DNA of 64,000 nucleotides from an uncultured Gemmatimonadales bacterium (GTDB taxonomy: Bacteria; Gemmatimonadota; Gemmatimonadetes; Gemmatimonadales; GWC2-71-9), in the NCBI GenBank assembly GCA_963695555.1, contig CAVOGR010000001.1:1024001-1088000 (forward strand), written 5' to 3'. A program made the translations under genes and the position numbers. The notes beneath the pieces were generated by a model. It saw only the letters and a list, made by a program, of their open reading frames with translations. It was not told where the DNA came from and searched no databases. How positions within the stretch are numbered: position 1 is the stretch's first letter; each line of letters begins with the position of its first letter. Below are positions 58,556-64,000 of this stretch, one piece after another.

Positions 58556-59017
58556 TCAGAACCGGATCTGGAACCCCAGCCCGACCCCGTTCGAGAATTG
58601 CTGGACGACGGGCGCGAACGGCTCATTTTCCGGCGGCGAGTCGACGGACCGCGTCAGCTCCCAGACGAACAATGCGGTGGCACCGAGTAACGCGGCTTCG
58701 CCCGCGATGAGCCAGCGCGTGGCCTTCTCGTCGAGGGCCAGGGTTTCCTGATACAGCTGTTCGGTGACGGGGTCCATATAGCGTCCTGACTGTTCGAGCT
58801 CACATCGGAGTGCATTCGGCGCCGCACAGCGGGCATCGATGCGATCGAAGGAACGGTTGGCGTCGTTGTGGGCATCGGCAGCCGCGATGTTGAACCCGAT
58901 CGAGGCGGCCAGTGCCACCCACTTGCCATACTTGACGAGCGGGCGCGACATCTGTGCGGCGGCCGACGTCGGGGCGACGACGAGCATGGCAAGGAGGAAG
59001 GGCAGGGCGCGGTTCAT
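58556..59017 (-). CDS. Hypothetical exported protein
   Basis: Signal peptide MNRALPFLLAMLVVAPTSAAA; start overlaps the upstream stop (TAATG); C-terminal LGFQIRF. Confidence 0.7.
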   Translation of the reverse strand: MNRALPFLLAMLVVAPTSAAAQMSRPLVKYGKWVALAASIGFNIAAADAHNDANRSFDRIDARCAAPNALRCELEQSGRYMDPVTEQLYQETLALDEKATRWLIAGEAALLGATALFVWELTRSVDSPPENEPFAPVVQQFSNGVGLGFQIRF

Positions 59018-60111
59018 TATTGCTGGTAGCGAGAGAAATCTCCGATTCCACCGATCACCACAATGCCGTCCTCAAGCACAACCGGTGCCATTCGGATGGG
59101 TTGCCACATGACGAGGCGCCAGTCCTCGGTGCCGTTGGCTCCGATGGCTCGTATGACCCCGTCGGCTCCGCCCACCAAGACCCATTGGCGAAACTGAACG
59201 GGCGGGGCGGTAACCGGCGAATGGAGCGCCGCCATGACTCTGGCCCGGGGGCTGGGAGCGGGCCCGAGGTCGATCTCGTACAGGGTCCCGCTGCGGCTGA
59301 CGACGAATGCGGTGTCGCCGTGCACAGCCGGGGGTTCCAGGATCGCGGCATCGAGCGCCACTCGCCAGACAATCGCCAGGTCGCGCGGGCGGAGCCCGAT
59401 GAGTAGCGAGTCTGTGGTGCCGGCAACGAGGAGCTCGCCGGAGCGGCGCCAGCCACCCAGCACGGCCCCCGGCGAGGCGGCGCGGTGCAGCACGTGGCCG
59501 TCACCCGTGGTGAGGCAATAGATCGAATCCGTCGTGGCAAAGACCGTGGTGTCGATCCCGCTCTGGTAGGCCGCCGCGCGCGATGAGCCGAGCCGCCGCT
59601 CCCACACCTTTACTCCGGTCTTGGCGTCGAGACCGACGAGTCGACCGTCGAACGTCGGAACGAGAATGCGACCGTCCGCAAGCGTGATCGGGGCGCTAGG
59701 CTTTCCCGCATCGTGCTCCCACAGAATGTCGCCGTCTGCTGCTCGAAGGGCCACGACGCGACTGTTTGGTCGGTCGGTCACGGCGTAGAGCGTGTCGCCG
59801 GAACGGACGACGCCCCCGAACACCGATCCAGGGAGCCGCTTGCTCCAGCGCGTCTCCCCGGTGGCAAGGTCGATCGCGTACACCCGGCGATCGGCGTCTC
59901 CGACGAACATGATCGAATCCACCATGGCCACTGCACCCGAGGCGCCGCGCCCCGTCTTGGCGTTCCAGCGCTCTGCCAAGGGGATGGTGCCGGCATTCTC
60001 CGGCATGGGCTGGAGCTTCGGGCGGTAATTCAGGCACGCCGCGTTGACGAGGCTCAGGAGCACGGCTAGACTGAAGCCGCCGCCGGACCATCGAACCTTC
60101 AGCGCGAGCAC
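59017..60111 (-). CDS. PQQ-like beta-propeller repeat protein (BamB-like), possible lipoprotein; start uncertain
   Basis: Repeated AID.ATG.TRW, ALRAADG.ILW and GLDAKTG.KVW propeller motifs; NAAC lipobox-like. Confidence 0.8.
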   Translation of the reverse strand: MLALKVRWSGGGFSLAVLLSLVNAACLNYRPKLQPMPENAGTIPLAERWNAKTGRGASGAVAMVDSIMFVGDADRRVYAIDLATGETRWSKRLPGSVFGGVVRSGDTLYAVTDRPNSRVVALRAADGDILWEHDAGKPSAPITLADGRILVPTFDGRLVGLDAKTGVKVWERRLGSSRAAAYQSGIDTTVFATTDSIYCLTTGDGHVLHRAASPGAVLGGWRRSGELLVAGTTDSLLIGLRPRDLAIVWRVALDAAILEPPAVHGDTAFVVSRSGTLYEIDLGPAPSPRARVMAALHSPVTAPPVQFRQWVLVGGADGVIRAIGANGTEDWRLVMWQPIRMAPVVLEDGIVVIGGIGDFSRYQQ

Positions 60112-60114
60112 GGC

Positions 60115-61410
<1,296 letters not shown>

Positions 61411-61429
61411 GCCCGCCGCGCCCCGCGGC

Positions 61430-62191
61430 TCATGGTTCGTTTTTCGATTCGTCCCAGAGCCGGTCGAGCACCTCCAGCCCCGCCGCATGCACGTTGATGT
61501 GCCGCGTCTCCGCCAGGCGCTCCATCGCGGTGAACCGGCGCCGGAACTTGCGATTGGCCGCATCCAACGCCACCCCGGGGGGCACGCCGGCCTTGCGTGC
61601 CAGATTCACCACCGCAAACAGCAAATCGCCGATCTCTTCGCTCACGCGGTGACCGCGTTCGGCGTCGCCTGACTCGGCAAACTCCGCCTCGCATTCGGCG
61701 AGTTCTTCGCGGACCTTGTCGGCCGGCCCCGCGGTATCGGGCCAATCGAACCCGACGGCGGCGGCGCGTTCTTGGAGGCGTTGGGCCATGAGAAGCGGCG
61801 GCAAGGTAGGTGGCAGCCCGTCCAACAGGCTCCCATCCTGCCCGCGCTCGCGATGTTTGATGACCTCCCAGGACTCCTTCGGCCCACCGTCGAACAGGTG
61901 CGGGTGCCGTCGCTGAATCTTCCGCTCCAACGTCTCGGCGACGTCTGCGGCCGTGAACTCACCGGACTCCTCCGCCAGCACCAATTGGAAAGCGACGTTG
62001 AGCAACACGTCTGCGAGTTCATGCCGGATCTCCTCGGCCGATCCGCGGGCGAGCGCGTCATCGAGCTCGAGCGCCTCTTCGACCAAGTAGGGCCGAAGCG
62101 TCTCGCGCGTTTGGGCCCCGTCCCATGGGCACCGTTCGCGGAGGTCGGCCACCAGGGCCATGGCGCGCCCAAGCGCTGAATTGTCTTGCAT
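61430..62191 (-). CDS. mazG: Nucleoside triphosphate pyrophosphohydrolase MazG
   Basis: CPWDGAQT, EEALE, RRHPHLF, GFDWP, EEIGDLLF; SD GGAGGA. Confidence 0.95.
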   Translation of the reverse strand: MQDNSALGRAMALVADLRERCPWDGAQTRETLRPYLVEEALELDDALARGSAEEIRHELADVLLNVAFQLVLAEESGEFTAADVAETLERKIQRRHPHLFDGGPKESWEVIKHRERGQDGSLLDGLPPTLPPLLMAQRLQERAAAVGFDWPDTAGPADKVREELAECEAEFAESGDAERGHRVSEEIGDLLFAVVNLARKAGVPPGVALDAANRKFRRRFTAMERLAETRHINVHAAGLEVLDRLWDESKNEP

Positions 62192-62214
62192 TTATCCTCC
62201 TTGGCCCATATGAT
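62186..62214 (+). promoter_or_regulatory. Candidate sigma70 promoter for alr, overlapping the mazG start
   Basis: TTGCAT-17 nt-TATGAT. Confidence 0.6.
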
Positions 62215-62226
62215 ACGCGCCGTCTT

Positions 62227-63309
62227 GTGAGCCAGTCAAACCAGCGGCCGGTCGCCCGTGCCTGGGCGGATGTCGATCTCGGCGCGATCGTCGCCAACGC
62301 GAACACCGTGGCCTCCGTTTCCCAGAGCCGCCTCTTGCCGATGGTCAAGGCCAACGGCTATGGGCTGGGTGCGGTCCAGGTCGCCGGGGCGCTCGAGTCG
62401 CTCGACCCCTGGGGATACGGCGTCGCCACGCTGGCCGAGGGGGCCGAACTTCGGTCGGCAGGCATCGATCGGCCTGTCGCCGTGTTCAGTCCGCTCGTGC
62501 CGGAGGACGTCGCTGATGTGCTCCGGCACGATCTCCGCCCCGCGATCGGCGACCTTCCGGCATTAGAGGCGTGGATCGGTGCCACTGACCGGCCATTCCA
62601 CCTCGAGATCGATACCGGCATGGCTCGCGCCGGACTGCGCTGGCACGACGCCGACGCGTTGGCCCACGCGCTCCGGCTGGTGGCATCGGCACCCGGGTGG
62701 GAAGGGGTCTTCACGCACTTCCACTCAGCCGACACCGACGACTCGGCGACGACCACGCAGTGGGAACGGTTTCACAGCGTGCTCCAAAAACTGCCCCGGC
62801 GGCCGGCCTTGATTCACGCGGCCAACAGCGCCGCCGCACTCCGTGGCACCCGCTTTTCGGGCGACCTGGTCCGCCCCGGGATCTTCCTTTATGGCGGAGC
62901 GGTGGGCGGTCACGAGCCGGCGGTGGCGGTTCGATTGCAGGCTCCCGTGGTGTCGCTGCGAACGATCAGGGCTGGCGATACGGTGAGCTACGGCGCGACC
63001 TGGACCGCACCGGCTTCGACTGAGATCGCAACGATTGGGATTGGGTACGCCGATGGCGTGCCCCGCGTGCTGGGCGGTCGGACCGATGTCGAATTGGCCG
63101 GCGCCCGCCGTCCGCTCGTAGGTCGAGTCACCATGGACCTCTCCATGGTTGCGGTCCCGGCCGGCACGGTCCAATGTGGCGATGTGGCGACGGTCTACGG
63201 GGGACTCGTCTCCCTCAGTGAGCAAGCTGAGCGAGCGGGAACCATTTCGTATGAACTGCTGACCGCCCTCGGAGGGCGGGTACCTCGACTCTACCGGCAC
63301 CGATCATGA
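62227..63309 (+). CDS. alr: Alanine racemase
   Basis: MVKANGYG, EIDTGMAR, HAANSA, RPGIFLYG, GYADG, GRVTMD. Confidence 0.96.
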   Translation: MSQSNQRPVARAWADVDLGAIVANANTVASVSQSRLLPMVKANGYGLGAVQVAGALESLDPWGYGVATLAEGAELRSAGIDRPVAVFSPLVPEDVADVLRHDLRPAIGDLPALEAWIGATDRPFHLEIDTGMARAGLRWHDADALAHALRLVASAPGWEGVFTHFHSADTDDSATTTQWERFHSVLQKLPRRPALIHAANSAAALRGTRFSGDLVRPGIFLYGGAVGGHEPAVAVRLQAPVVSLRTIRAGDTVSYGATWTAPASTEIATIGIGYADGVPRVLGGRTDVELAGARRPLVGRVTMDLSMVAVPAGTVQCGDVATVYGGLVSLSEQAERAGTISYELLTALGGRVPRLYRHRS

Positions 63310-63560
63310 ATCCACACTTTGCATCGTTGGTCTTGGGATTGGCACAACAGGCACAGGCCGCACTCGACGGCCAGCTCCCGCCGGGCGCCGAGCAATTGGG
63401 TGCACCCGACCCCAAAGACGTGGCTCAAGCCCTGATCGATACCCTCGGCATGCTGGAGCAAAAGACCACCGGGCAGCTCGACGCCGAGGAACACGCGCTC
63501 CTCACCCAGACGCTCACGTCCCTCCGGTTCCGCTTCGTTCAGGCTTCTTCCGCACAGTGA
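63306..63560 (+). CDS. DUF1844 domain protein
   Basis: F..LV..LA..A...LG; A..LID.LGML..KT.G.L..EE...L...L..LR..FV pattern. Confidence 0.8.
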   Translation: MNPHFASLVLGLAQQAQAALDGQLPPGAEQLGAPDPKDVAQALIDTLGMLEQKTTGQLDAEEHALLTQTLTSLRFRFVQASSAQ

Positions 63561-64000
63561 CGCGACGGGCTGCAATCGTCGTGCTGGACGGACTTGGCAT
63601 CGGACCGGCCCACGACACCGACCAGTACGGTGACTCGGGAAGCCACACCCTGGGCAACGTGGTGCGGTCGGCGTCCGACCTCCGACTGCCGAACCTCGAG
63701 GCGCTGGGCCTGGGACGCACCGCGGACTTGGGGTCGATCCGGTCGGTGAGCACTCCCCAGGCCGCGCACGGGAGCTGCGAGCCGGCGAGCCCGGGCAAGG
63801 ACAGCACCACCGGGCATTGGGAAATCTGTGGGCTCGTGCTACCTGAGCCTTTCCCCACGTTTCCCAAAGGATTTCCCGAGGACCTGCTTCGAGAATTTTC
63901 CCGGCAGACCGGTCGCGGTGTGCTCGCGAACAAGGCAGGCTCGGGCACGGCGCTCCTAAAGGAATTTGGGGCGGCGCACGTGGCGTCCGGCGACTGGATC
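63557..64000 (+). CDS. deoB: Phosphopentomutase, 3'-truncated by the window edge
   Basis: Own translation: MTRRAAIVVLDGLGIG...YGDSGSHTLG...LPNLEALGLG...GKDSTTGHWEICG...PFPTFPKGFP. Confidence 0.93.
   Translation, partial: MTRRAAIVVLDGLGIGPAHDTDQYGDSGSHTLGNVVRSASDLRLPNLEALGLGRTADLGSIRSVSTPQAAHGSCEPASPGKDSTTGHWEICGLVLPEPFPTFPKGFPEDLLREFSRQTGRGVLANKAGSGTALLKEFGAAHVASGDWI

Overview
High-GC bacterial chromosomal window, densely coding and almost entirely on the + strand. Gene content and order suggest Gemmatimonadota (inference from recall, not a database result). From left to right it contains: the C-terminal part of a ThDP enzyme, a DUF5996-like gene and a Rieske-fused FMN glutamate-synthase-like gene; acid phosphatase and apaG; tilS-hpt-ftsH-folP; a DUF2723 GT-C membrane protein; yggS-divIVA-punA-ileS-dksA/traR-lspA-rluA; an approximately 14.6-kb tightly coupled signalling cluster (cheW-cheY-cheA-cheC-TPR-DUF4388-TPR/roadblock-roadblock-mglB-mglA-tandem DnaA-like ATPase-DUF4388/TPR-cheD-TPR); tRNA-Val and tRNA-Asp; a dcw cluster (rsmH to ftsZ) with an M23 peptidase; and ftsY, recG, asnS, mazG, alr and a partial deoB. 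The best candidate for an undescribed system is the signalling cluster. It nests a Myxococcus-type MglA/MglB polarity switch, extra roadblock proteins, two proteins with tandem MshEN-like c-di-GMP motifs and a double DnaA-like AAA+ lacking a DNA-binding domain inside a Bacillus-like Che set, with no receptor, CheR or CheB in the window. ileS carries many indels that are most likely assembly errors, and has a non-canonical GIHH signature. No mobile elements or CRISPR arrays were seen.
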